From: an uncultured Planctomycetia bacterium
Lineage (GTDB): Bacteria; Omnitrophota; Gorgyraeia; JABMRG01
Direction: 5' to 3'
DNA: 64,000 nt
Assembly (NCBI GenBank): GCA_964634945.1
Contig: CAZWMG010000001.1
Span: 116,825-180,824 of the forward strand
Numbering within the stretch: position 1 is the first letter of the stretch; each line of letters opens with the position of its first letter. The notes below the pieces were generated by a model that saw nothing but the letters and a program-made list of their open reading frames with translations, made no database searches and was not told the origin of the DNA. Positions 10,121 to 18,811 of the stretch are shown here, piece after piece. A program made the translations under genes and the position numbers.

Positions 10121-10765
10121 CTACTTATAGAAATTTTTAATGATACGCAAAACATCATCGGGACTGTCTGTGATTTTATAGAGAGCGAGATCTTTTTTAC
10201 TGACAAGGCCATCCTTAAACATGGTATTCTTCATCCAGGATATCAACCCTTTCCAATATTCCTTACCAATTAAAATAACCGGAAACGGCTCTATCCTCTG
10301 CGTCTGAATTAGCGTAATAGACTCAAAGAACTCATCCATAGTGCCGAAGCCACCTGGCAGTACCACAAATGCCGACGCATACTTTACAAACATGACTTTG
10401 CGGCAAAAGAAATATCGAAAATCAATTAAATCTGTCACGTACGAGTTCGGATTCTGCACAACAGGAATATCTATGTTAAGGCCTATTGATTTGCCCCCTG
10501 CTTTTTTTGCGCCCTTGTTTGCCGCCTCCATTATACCCGTACCGGCACCTGTAATAACAGCGTATTTTGCCTTTGCCAGTTTGAATGCTATTGTTTCAGC
10601 CAGTTTGTAGGATCCGTCCTTCGGCTTGGAACGAGCAGAACCGAATATTGTAACTGCCGGACCTATGTCTGAGAGCGACTCAAACCCATCTACAAACTCG
10701 CTCATAATCCTGAAAATGCGCCATGGATCTTCCTGTGTAAAATCAACCGCTTTGAGCTTAGGCAT
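10121..10765 (-). CDS. LOG family / TIGR00730 Rossmann-fold protein
   Basis: FGSAR, GIMEAANKGA, RKVMF, PGGFGTMDE. Confidence 0.93.
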   Translation of the reverse strand: MPKLKAVDFTQEDPWRIFRIMSEFVDGFESLSDIGPAVTIFGSARSKPKDGSYKLAETIAFKLAKAKYAVITGAGTGIMEAANKGAKKAGGKSIGLNIDIPVVQNPNSYVTDLIDFRYFFCRKVMFVKYASAFVVLPGGFGTMDEFFESITLIQTQRIEPFPVILIGKEYWKGLISWMKNTMFKDGLVSKKDLALYKITDSPDDVLRIIKNFYK

Positions 10766-10886
10766 TATAACTCCCTTGTTTTTTTATGTATTATAACTCG
10801 TGAGAAAATAATTTACAAGACCAAAATGAAATAGCAGAAGACTACCAGGCTGTATTAAAACATGAAAAATTATAGGTTATAAGGGA

Positions 10887-11930
10887 TCAAGCGGAGTAAC
10901 GCGGCTTTTCTAGTTGGGCCTTAAGTTGTGATGAACCTACAGTGGATTTTTTTGATAAATCATAGATGTGATCTGAGATCTCAGATAGAAGGCTATTAAG
11001 CATGGCAAAGGCGGCGTAATCTGAAGGATTGCTGATCTTGATAGATTGAGTAACAATATTTATCCTCTCTAGCAGGAGATCACGTAAAACATCAATATCT
11101 TTCATATCCTTTATCTGTCTGGCTATAACAGCGGGGTCACTTGAAATATTCAAAAGCACGTATTGTTTAATAAGCAATGCTAAGACAGGTATCTCCTTAT
11201 CAGAAATAATTCCTTCTGCATTCCATCTATTTAGGACCTCATCTATTGCCTTGATTATACCCTTAGTCGATGCCTTTTCTGTCGCCTTAATTTTATTTAG
11301 GGGCTTCTCCTTCTCAAGCAGGTATTTATTATTAAGAAGCTCTAGGACCTCGATTAACAATCTCTTATTGTCGTCTGAGGCTTGAGTGCTTGTGCTATTT
11401 ATCCTGTTTGCCCATAGCATCTCCACTGCCAAAGATATTTGAGATGCTACATCGGCCCAATATAGGGTATCCATCTTTTTATTCTCTTTGATGGTAGCGA
11501 CACCAACTGATAGTTCAAGTTTAGGCTGAAAAGTGCTCTTATTAGAAAAATGCACACCTGCCTCCTTGAAAAAATCATTAGACTGCCTGTGAACCTTTAT
11601 CCTGTCACTGGCTCGTGGGAGATAGTGATCCTTAAGCATGCGAAACGCGACCTCTCGAATAATCAGATCCTTTGTCGGATCCATATGAGCAAATCCAAAT
11701 TCCACTACATTGTATTTTTTTAGAAGTCGTATCATCCTATCGATAGAGACATGACGTGATTTGCCATTTACCAGATCTATAGCCATCTTGTTGTACATGC
11801 GGTCGTTCTTGCGCAATGAAGCACTTCTAATATCTGAATGACCGCCACTCTCAGCAAAAGAGGGCTCGGTACCAGCGATTAGCAGCAGAAACATGATTAT
11901 AATAAATAAAAATATATTAAATATCTTCAT
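10887..11930 (-). CDS. Hypothetical secreted protein
   Basis: Long ORF; signal peptide from MKIFNIF to PSFA; family not recognised. Confidence 0.65.
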   Translation of the reverse strand: MKIFNIFLFIIIMFLLLIAGTEPSFAESGGHSDIRSASLRKNDRMYNKMAIDLVNGKSRHVSIDRMIRLLKKYNVVEFGFAHMDPTKDLIIREVAFRMLKDHYLPRASDRIKVHRQSNDFFKEAGVHFSNKSTFQPKLELSVGVATIKENKKMDTLYWADVASQISLAVEMLWANRINSTSTQASDDNKRLLIEVLELLNNKYLLEKEKPLNKIKATEKASTKGIIKAIDEVLNRWNAEGIISDKEIPVLALLIKQYVLLNISSDPAVIARQIKDMKDIDVLRDLLLERINIVTQSIKISNPSDYAAFAMLNSLLSEISDHIYDLSKKSTVGSSQLKAQLEKPRYSA

Positions 11931-12367
11931 AATAGTGCCTTTTTGCCTATTCATCCGAATAGAGTTACTATGTACTTTTATAATACTTATATTATATAAT
12001 AAGTATAGCATATCTTTTTGGATAGTCAAGTGATAATTTATCTAACTTAACTTATTCTACTACAATAGGTTATGATAGTAAAACAACGTCAAATCCTTGG
12101 CAAAAACATACTGGCTCCTTTTGCTTTTATCTCTCTTTAGAGGCAAGTAATTGCTCATTGCAGGACATCGCCTCAGTGAGGTTCCTTGCTTTTCCTTATT
12201 GCCACTTTTTTTTGACTTTTTTGTGATAATGTGAAAGAAAACCCCCATTTAGAACGTCTAATATAGTGAGGGCATAAAGTTTTCAATCGATCAATATCCG
12301 TTTTTCTAAAAATATAAATATCAATTCCACATAATAGCTTTTAAACATATGAAAGGGGGTGATTTAA

Positions 12368-12628
12368 ATGAATAGCGGAATCGAAATCAAGGTTGAGCGG
12401 ATACACAAACTTGACACGGATAGCTCATTAAAAGGATTTGCTGACATATCTGTAAGCGGGTGCTTTATTGTCAAGGGCTTACGTATTGTAGCCGGTAAAA
12501 ATGGGCTCTTTGTTGGTATGCCACAACAGCTTGGTAAAGACGGTAAATGGCACAACAGGGTCTCACTTGTTGACGAGGCTGTCAAAGATAAGCTTTCCGG
12601 GCTCATACTCTCTGCTTTTGATAGCTAA
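12368..12628 (+). CDS. spoVG: SpoVG family nucleic-acid-binding protein
   Basis: LKGFADI...F.VKGLRIV.GKNGLFV.MP...KDG; strong SD GGGGGTGA. Confidence 0.9.
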   Translation: MNSGIEIKVERIHKLDTDSSLKGFADISVSGCFIVKGLRIVAGKNGLFVGMPQQLGKDGKWHNRVSLVDEAVKDKLSGLILSAFDS

Positions 12629-12637
12629 TAACGCATG

Positions 12638-12674
12638 GCGGGACAGTAAGCTGGCCTACATCTTACTGTCCCGC
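12638..12674. repeat. Perfect 13-bp hairpin (GGGACAG type)
   Basis: gcgggacagtaag-N11-cttactgtcccgc. Confidence 0.75.
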
Positions 12675-12687
12675 TGGAGGAAAGGCA

Positions 12688-13041
12688 TTGGACAAAAAAA
12701 GATTGGGCAACAAGGCTGAATCACTTGCTTGTAAACTACTCAAGAATAAGGGCTTTAAAATTATTGATAGAAACTTCAGGTGTAGGTCCGGAGAGATAGA
12801 TATAATAGCTAAAGATAATAACTATATAACTATTATAGAAGTAAGAAGCAGCACTAATTATTCTTTTCATGACCCTCTCTGTTCCTTTACGCCATTAAAA
12901 ATCAGAAGATTAAGGGTATTAGCGCAAATATGGCTTAATTGCCATAATCAAGAGGATGCCTTTGTAAGGCTTGATATCATTACAGTTGTTTTCAATGCAG
13001 GAAACAATACTATAATAAGACATATAAAAGACGCTTTTTAG
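12688..13041 (+). CDS. yraN: YraN (UPF0102) family protein
   Basis: G..AE..A...L...G..I..RN.R...GEIDII. Confidence 0.92.
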   Translation: MDKKRLGNKAESLACKLLKNKGFKIIDRNFRCRSGEIDIIAKDNNYITIIEVRSSTNYSFHDPLCSFTPLKIRRLRVLAQIWLNCHNQEDAFVRLDIITVVFNAGNNTIIRHIKDAF

Positions 13042-13061
13042 CGAAAAAGGGGTATATTAAT

Positions 13062-14591
13062 ATGCTTGCAAATAGTAAATCAAGGACTATTTTTGGCGTG
13101 GCTTCACGCGAGGTCGACGTGGAGATTGATATCACGTCAGGGGTTAGGTGTTTTATTATAGTTGGGCTCCCGGATACCGCATGCCGTGAGTCTGCCCAAA
13201 GAGTAATAGCGGCGCTTAAAAACTCTGGCTTTAAGCTACCAAGCCTGCGCATTACTGTAAATCTTGCTCCTGCACACCTGCGAAAAGAAGGCGCTATGCA
13301 TGACCTGGCCATAGCTGTGACCATACTTGCCGCCTTGAATATAATTGAAAAAGAACGACTTGGTAATAAAGTATTTTGCGGCGAGCTCTCGCTTGATGGC
13401 ACCTTAAGACCGGTAAAAGGGATTCTATGCGTTGCTGATGACTTAAAAAAGCATAAGAATATAGAGCTAATCATACCCTCACAAAATATATCTGAGGCAA
13501 ATGCTGCCAAAGGCCTGCATTTCGTCGCAGCCTCCTCGCTCTCTGAGGTTGTAGAGTACCTTTCTAGCGGCACAGCCCCAATTCAAAAAACAACTCATAA
13601 AAGTAAGGTGTCCCTATCAAGCATTGATTCCCATGACTATTCAGATATAAAGGGTAATTATAGCGCCAAGCGCGCGATGGAGATAGCTGTCGCTGGTGGG
13701 CACAACATTTTACTAATAGGCTCACCCGGGGCCGGAAAAACCATGTTGGCAAAACGACTACCAACAATAATGGGCAAGCTAAGTACAGAGGAATCCATAG
13801 AAACAAGTAAGATTTACAGCATTTGTGGTCTTTTGTCAGACAAGGAACTGATATCAACGCCCCCTTTTAGAGACTTACACCACTCTGTATCTGATGCCGG
13901 CATGCTTGGTGGGGGCTCACATCATATACGCCCAGGTGAGGTAAGCCTTGCCCATAATGGGGTGCTTTTTCTGGATGAACTACCTGAGTTCAAGCGGAAT
14001 GTGCTGGAGGCGCTACGGCAGCCTATTGAGCAGGGCTTGATAAGGATATCCAGAGCAAATGCCTCCTTGAGCTACCCATGCCGCTTTATGCTAGTAGCAG
14101 CCATGAACCCATGCCCGTGTGGCTTTTTGACGCATCCAAAAAAGGTCTGCTCTTGTTCGCCGGGGCAGGTTCAAAGATATCTGTCGAAAATCTCCGGGCC
14201 TCTATTAGACCGGATAGATATGCATATTGAAATTCAGCCCATTAAATACGAGCAGATGATTGAAAGGACATGCGAAACAACTTCAGCAATAATAAAGACG
14301 CGTGCCAAAAACGCCAGATGCGTGCAAAATGAACGCTACAAAAACCACAGATACAAATGCAATGGAAAGCTACCGCATAGAGACATTGAGAACTATTGTA
14401 AAGTTTCTGATGAGGCATCTGAACTACTAAGAATGGCCATGTCTGAATTATTCATAAGCGCCCGTGCCTATGATAAGATCCTTAGGGTCTCAAGAACAAT
14501 AGCGGATCTTGACAATAAACCAATAATCGGAGCTGAACAGGTCTCAGAGGCCATAAGTTACCGCTGCCTTGATACTAAGGCCTGGCTCTAA
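13062..14591 (+). CDS. comM: YifB/ComM Mg-chelatase-like AAA+ ATPase
   Basis: VGLPD, NLAPA, GSPGAGKTMLA, PGEVSLAHNGVLFLDELPEF, NPCPCG, SGPLLDRID. Confidence 0.96.
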   Translation: MLANSKSRTIFGVASREVDVEIDITSGVRCFIIVGLPDTACRESAQRVIAALKNSGFKLPSLRITVNLAPAHLRKEGAMHDLAIAVTILAALNIIEKERLGNKVFCGELSLDGTLRPVKGILCVADDLKKHKNIELIIPSQNISEANAAKGLHFVAASSLSEVVEYLSSGTAPIQKTTHKSKVSLSSIDSHDYSDIKGNYSAKRAMEIAVAGGHNILLIGSPGAGKTMLAKRLPTIMGKLSTEESIETSKIYSICGLLSDKELISTPPFRDLHHSVSDAGMLGGGSHHIRPGEVSLAHNGVLFLDELPEFKRNVLEALRQPIEQGLIRISRANASLSYPCRFMLVAAMNPCPCGFLTHPKKVCSCSPGQVQRYLSKISGPLLDRIDMHIEIQPIKYEQMIERTCETTSAIIKTRAKNARCVQNERYKNHRYKCNGKLPHRDIENYCKVSDEASELLRMAMSELFISARAYDKILRVSRTIADLDNKPIIGAEQVSEAISYRCLDTKAWL

Positions 14592-15404
14592 GGGACACTC
14601 TTCGCAACACATCTATTTGCAATATGTTATACACTAATTAATTTAATAATCGACCTATATTAAAGGATTTACAATGATTCGTATTCCACGCAAAGACCAA
14701 ATTCAAGACACTCTTACCTACCACATATTCAATAGAGGTAATGCCAAGCTGGATGTTTTTCATGATAATAAGGATTGTGATTATTTTATTGGGCTCATAA
14801 AGACCTATGAAGATAGATTTAATTTATATATATACAATTGGGTCTTAATGAAAAATCATTTTCATTTTTTAGCATGCATTAATAATCCAAAATTTTTATC
14901 CAAATGCTTGGGGGGACTGCAGCAAGCATATACACAGTATCATCACAAAAAATGGAATAGCGCAGGTAGGTTATGGCAAGGAAGATTTAAGAGTCAACCG
15001 ATTCAAAATGATAGATATTTCTTTGAGTGCGGAAGATATATAGAAAGGAATCCAATGCGCGCCAAGATAGTTAAGCTTCCATGGGATTATCAATATTCTA
15101 GTTGTAAATTGTACTCATTAGGAATATCGGATTCTATAACAACGACAAACCCTGGTTATAATTCCTTTTCAAACACAATAGCTATAGAATCTCGACAAAG
15201 CGAATATAGGACATGGTTAATGAGTGGGGAGAATCGGAGTTTTGTCAACATGGATAGACCTGTAGGAAATGAAGATTTTATAAAAGGCTTATTGAAAATT
15301 AATGGTCGTCTAGTTGCAAAAAAGGCAAGACGTTCATTCAAAAATTAGTAGATTACTTAGTTCATAACTATCTATGAAATAAGCAGTTAAAAAGAGTGTC
15401 CCTT
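14590..15404 (+). mobile_element. RAYT/Y1-transposase cassette bounded by 13-bp inverted repeats
   Basis: aagggacactctt (14590-14602) and aagagtgtccctt (15392-15404) are exact reverse complements; interior looks more AT-rich than the flanks. Confidence 0.7.
14674..15348 (+). CDS. REP-associated tyrosine transposase (Y1_Tnp, HUH)
   Basis: YHI.NRGN, LM.NHFH (HUH), WQGRFKS, YIERNP.RA, Y.YSS. Confidence 0.9.
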   Translation: MIRIPRKDQIQDTLTYHIFNRGNAKLDVFHDNKDCDYFIGLIKTYEDRFNLYIYNWVLMKNHFHFLACINNPKFLSKCLGGLQQAYTQYHHKKWNSAGRLWQGRFKSQPIQNDRYFFECGRYIERNPMRAKIVKLPWDYQYSSCKLYSLGISDSITTTNPGYNSFSNTIAIESRQSEYRTWLMSGENRSFVNMDRPVGNEDFIKGLLKINGRLVAKKARRSFKN

Positions 15405-16429
15405 TATTTTGTTGCTTCAATTAGGACGCTTCTTGGCCGGAATAATATTCGGTGTGGAATAAGTAGAAACGAAAATAACTTATCAATAAGAGGGGCCCTT
15501 ATAATAGCTTTCGCTAATGTTAACTTAAAGCCCGATTTAAGGCCTCTCGATTCTTTGCGCGCTACATAATCCTTTAAAAAAGATAAATAAGTAACCTTTA
15601 TTTTGTCAAAACCGCTATTTTTAATAGCCCTTTGCCACTGCCATACCGGATAGTAGTGGTCGTTATAACCAAAATCATCAGGATGCTGTTGAGGCTTCTC
15701 AAAAACACCTACAAAGCACTCGTTCATTAAGATTGCCCTGCCACCTTTCTTAAGGACGCGGTTAAGTTCTTTAAAAGTCCTATTCAAATCTGAACTATGA
15801 TGAATAGTAGCAGCGGCAAAAATTATATCAAAAGAACCGCTTTCAAATGGGAGCCTATCCATGTCCGCATAAATTCTCTCGAAATAGAGGCCATCCCTTA
15901 AGTAAAGGTCCGCTACCTTTAAGTAGTCTGTAATATCGACAGCTACAACATCACAACCCTTTTTAGCGAATTCACGTGACGCCCAGCAAAAAGCAGCGCC
16001 TAATTCTAAGACCTTCATCTCTGGTTCAATGGACCAATTATCGATTAAGTCAAAAAAACGATGTGAGCCCTCAGCAAAATTCTGAAATGAGCCTCCCTTT
16101 TTAAAGAAATAACTCCCATCTCCCTTGGGCAATGACATAAAAAGACTGCTGAATTTCTCTATCGACTCAGGATTTACAAAAAACTCATCACCTTTCTCTG
16201 TCCTAATACGAGGCTCGTCAGAACTAGCTTTTTGCTCTTTTACTATTTCAGGTGACGGCTCAGCTAGAAAATCAGTTACCCCTTGGTCAAGTGGAAAAGA
16301 ATACTTGCATGTACTACAAAGAATGGCGCCGTCTCTATACTCATCGTATAGCCCTGTTACTGAATCTATTTTAAAGGGCCTGCCTCCACAGATCGGACAT
16401 TTCAATATCTTGATAATATCAGCTTTCAT
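15404..16429 (-). CDS. Class I SAM methyltransferase with N-terminal Trm112-like Zn ribbon
   Basis: LKCPIC..CSTC..FP; VLELGA, ADMDRLPF, FD.I....IHH. Confidence 0.85.
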   Translation of the reverse strand: MKADIIKILKCPICGGRPFKIDSVTGLYDEYRDGAILCSTCKYSFPLDQGVTDFLAEPSPEIVKEQKASSDEPRIRTEKGDEFFVNPESIEKFSSLFMSLPKGDGSYFFKKGGSFQNFAEGSHRFFDLIDNWSIEPEMKVLELGAAFCWASREFAKKGCDVVAVDITDYLKVADLYLRDGLYFERIYADMDRLPFESGSFDIIFAAATIHHSSDLNRTFKELNRVLKKGGRAILMNECFVGVFEKPQQHPDDFGYNDHYYPVWQWQRAIKNSGFDKIKVTYLSFLKDYVARKESRGLKSGFKLTLAKAIIRAPLIDKLFSFLLIPHRILFRPRSVLIEATK

Positions 16430-16431
16430 CG

Positions 16432-16980
16432 TTACATACGCCTCTTTTTAATAACATCGTGATCATCAACATCACCTTCTGATTCTCTATTTTGTTTCCA
16501 AGTTTCATATATCATGATAAGTGCTTTCGTGCTGCCGGTATCCATTATCCATTTCACCCCAAAAATCAATGCCGCCGCTAAAAATTGTATAAAATATAAT
16601 TTAAATGTGAAGGATAATAAAAAAAACCCACCCGCTACAAAAAGGTATTTATTGCGCTTAATATAACCGTCCTTAGGACGCGTTCTGGGATATTTTTTAG
16701 GCATCGATAGCACCTCTTTTAGATTTCGGTCATTTAGGTCTCTCTCAATGTTCTTATCTGGTGCGGACAAAGCAGAAAAACAGGACGCTACCTTTTTAAA
16801 ACATTTATCACACTTCGCGATGTGAGTAGCGATAACCTCTTTCTCGCATCCAGCAGAAATCGCCCCACTTACATAATCCGCTAATCTACTATCCAATGGG
16901 CATGTATCAAACAGGGCTTGGTTAGACTTTTTATATCGCAATGCGGCTCTTAATGAAACATCGAGTCCGGATTCAGGCAT
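16432..16980 (-). CDS. Putative membrane anti-sigma factor (ZAS zinc finger)
   Basis: HIAKCDKC (HxxxCxxC), TM segment, overlaps the ECF sigma gene. Confidence 0.7.
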   Translation of the reverse strand: MPESGLDVSLRAALRYKKSNQALFDTCPLDSRLADYVSGAISAGCEKEVIATHIAKCDKCFKKVASCFSALSAPDKNIERDLNDRNLKEVLSMPKKYPRTRPKDGYIKRNKYLFVAGGFFLLSFTFKLYFIQFLAAALIFGVKWIMDTGSTKALIMIYETWKQNRESEGDVDDHDVIKKRRM

Positions 16981-17566
16981 TATACCCTCTTTCCTTTAAT
17001 TTCTCTCTAAGTAACTTCTTAACGCGAAAAATAACAGTAGAGACAGAATTTATCGACATGTCCATTATCTGCGCTATTTCACGATGCTTCAAATCATACA
17101 ATAGATCAAGTGTTATAATGCGCTCTTCCTTTAATGTAAAATTTTTAACGAGTTCGCTGATCACATTATTGAGTTGTCTGCTGTCTATTTCTGAGCGCGA
17201 TCTATCTGTCTGCATGCTCTCACAATGGTGATCTCTATAAGGACTGCCTAAACGATTAAGCCTCTTCTTATTCCTAAGAAAATCGGAAGCGACATTCTGT
17301 GCCACAATCGTAAGATAAGCTGATATCGAGCGGGGGTTTGTTATCTTGCTAAGAACATTATTGCACCATATATGCGCAAATGTTTGCTGGAATATTTCAT
17401 CAAGGTCATTTTGGCTTACATGTGAAAAGAGCTTTATGACCTTATATCTTATTGCCCTGCGCACCAAGCATGAGAACTTTTTGACAAGAGATATCCAAGC
17501 CTCTTCATCGCCAAGGATGCAAAGCCTAAGAAGCTCCCGGTCGCAGTTGTTACCTTTATCACTCAT
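16973..17566 (-). CDS. ECF sigma-70 factor
   Basis: GDEEAW..LV, D..Q.TF..IW, EIAQIM..S.NSV...I.R. Confidence 0.88.
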   Translation of the reverse strand: MSDKGNNCDRELLRLCILGDEEAWISLVKKFSCLVRRAIRYKVIKLFSHVSQNDLDEIFQQTFAHIWCNNVLSKITNPRSISAYLTIVAQNVASDFLRNKKRLNRLGSPYRDHHCESMQTDRSRSEIDSRQLNNVISELVKNFTLKEERIITLDLLYDLKHREIAQIMDMSINSVSTVIFRVKKLLREKLKERGYNA

Positions 17567-17588
17567 TAAATAAAACTATTTCCGCATT

Positions 17589-17828
17589 TTACTCAGGTAA
17601 AAGATTATTCTTTTTCAGAGTATTTTCAAGTTCTAATACAGCTTTTTTGAACTGCGGGAATAATTCAACGTTAAGTGAAAGTCCCTTAGCCGTAGGAACC
17701 TTGCTTCCCGCCTCTTTTGAATCAACCCATACCCTAAGATCAATTAGATCGAACCCTTTGTACTCTTTTACGCCGATCCTAATCTCCTCGAACTTGTTCT
17801 TGTTAAAGGTTGCGACAGTCTCATTCAT
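17589..17828 (-). CDS. PC4/p15 (YdbC-like) ssDNA-binding protein
   Basis: EEIRI...EYKG...IDLRVW......PT.KG. Confidence 0.85.
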   Translation of the reverse strand: MNETVATFNKNKFEEIRIGVKEYKGFDLIDLRVWVDSKEAGSKVPTAKGLSLNVELFPQFKKAVLELENTLKKNNLLPE

Positions 17829-17852
17829 CCTCAACACCTCCTTCTTTTTATT

Positions 17853-18335
17853 CTAAGCACTCTCTTGGTCAATCTGACTGATGAATCTGTTTAATAAATC
17901 CTTATCTCTCGTGTCTATCTTTAGAAATTTTACGCCTATCTTAAAGATTCTTTCTGAACTTGTGGAATCTCGCTCCACTTCATTGACCCAAGCGACTTCT
18001 CCTTTAACCACTATAGGCCTCATATCCGGTATTTTAATGTTCAACAGAACATGGCTTTTGTCAGGCATTATCTCCGGCACTTTTAAACATATGCCCTCAC
18101 CGGAAATATTTTGGCTAAAAGCATGATAAACATCATCCGCCTTTCCGGGTATACTACATTCTACATCAATCTGCTTTTCAAAACGAGCGGTCTTGCGTCT
18201 CTCTTTTAGCGTATCCCAATAGCTATCAAGTCTCGCGGAAACATGCGCCAAACTTCTTGTCCTGTGTCTCCAAAGCATAAATGCTACACAAGATAAGATA
18301 ACTATAGCGATAACGAATGACAATATACTGTGCAT
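17853..18335 (-). CDS. PilZ domain protein with N-terminal membrane anchor
   Basis: ERRKTAR (RxxxR), NISGEG (D/NxSxxG). Confidence 0.88.
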   Translation of the reverse strand: MHSILSFVIAIVILSCVAFMLWRHRTRSLAHVSARLDSYWDTLKERRKTARFEKQIDVECSIPGKADDVYHAFSQNISGEGICLKVPEIMPDKSHVLLNIKIPDMRPIVVKGEVAWVNEVERDSTSSERIFKIGVKFLKIDTRDKDLLNRFISQIDQESA

Positions 18336-18360
18336 ATTCGTATCCTTGTTGTAAAGCTAC

Positions 18361-18690
18361 CTACTTCTTTGGCTTATAGCCTGTAAGCGCATTACCTGTA
18401 AAGATAAGACTCTCACTCTTTGTAAGTATCTTTGACTCTATCTCTAGTACAGGATATGTGCCATCATATATCCATTCTTCCTGCACGAGCCCAACATCAT
18501 CAACCCCTATCTGTACTATCCGATCAGGCTCCCCCCACTTATCGAGCACGAAATCTTTGCTATCGCCAAGATGAAGAGGTGACGCGCCATTCCACGGTGG
18601 TATCAGCCGCTCTGGGGATGGTGCCTCAATTCCAGCACAACCTGCTCCAAGCATACTGATTACAATGCATAGGATCATTACATATCTCAT
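18361..18690 (-). CDS. Small lipoprotein (SmpA/BamE-like motif)
   Basis: Lipobox GAGC; G.SK..V...WGEP...EEW.Y. Confidence 0.65.
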   Translation of the reverse strand: MRYVMILCIVISMLGAGCAGIEAPSPERLIPPWNGASPLHLGDSKDFVLDKWGEPDRIVQIGVDDVGLVQEEWIYDGTYPVLEIESKILTKSESLIFTGNALTGYKPKK

Positions 18691-18749
18691 GTGAAACGCT
18701 CCTTTTTTATAAAACTTATTATAATACTATATATATATAATGTCAATTG

Positions 18750-18790
18750 CAAAAAGAAAGCCCCCGAAAAAATCGGAGGCTTTCTTTTTG
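18750..18790. terminator. Bidirectional intrinsic terminator
   Basis: aaaaagaaagcccccg-aaaaaat-cggaggctttcttttt downstream of the porin gene. Confidence 0.85.
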
Positions 18791-18811
18791 TACAACCTAT
18801 CTTCTGATAAA

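Noticed and set aside
12030-12367. Possible riboswitch/ncRNA or 62-aa ORF in the divergent intergenic region
   Set aside because: No recognisable consensus; more simply explained as divergent promoters (an Infernal search would settle it)
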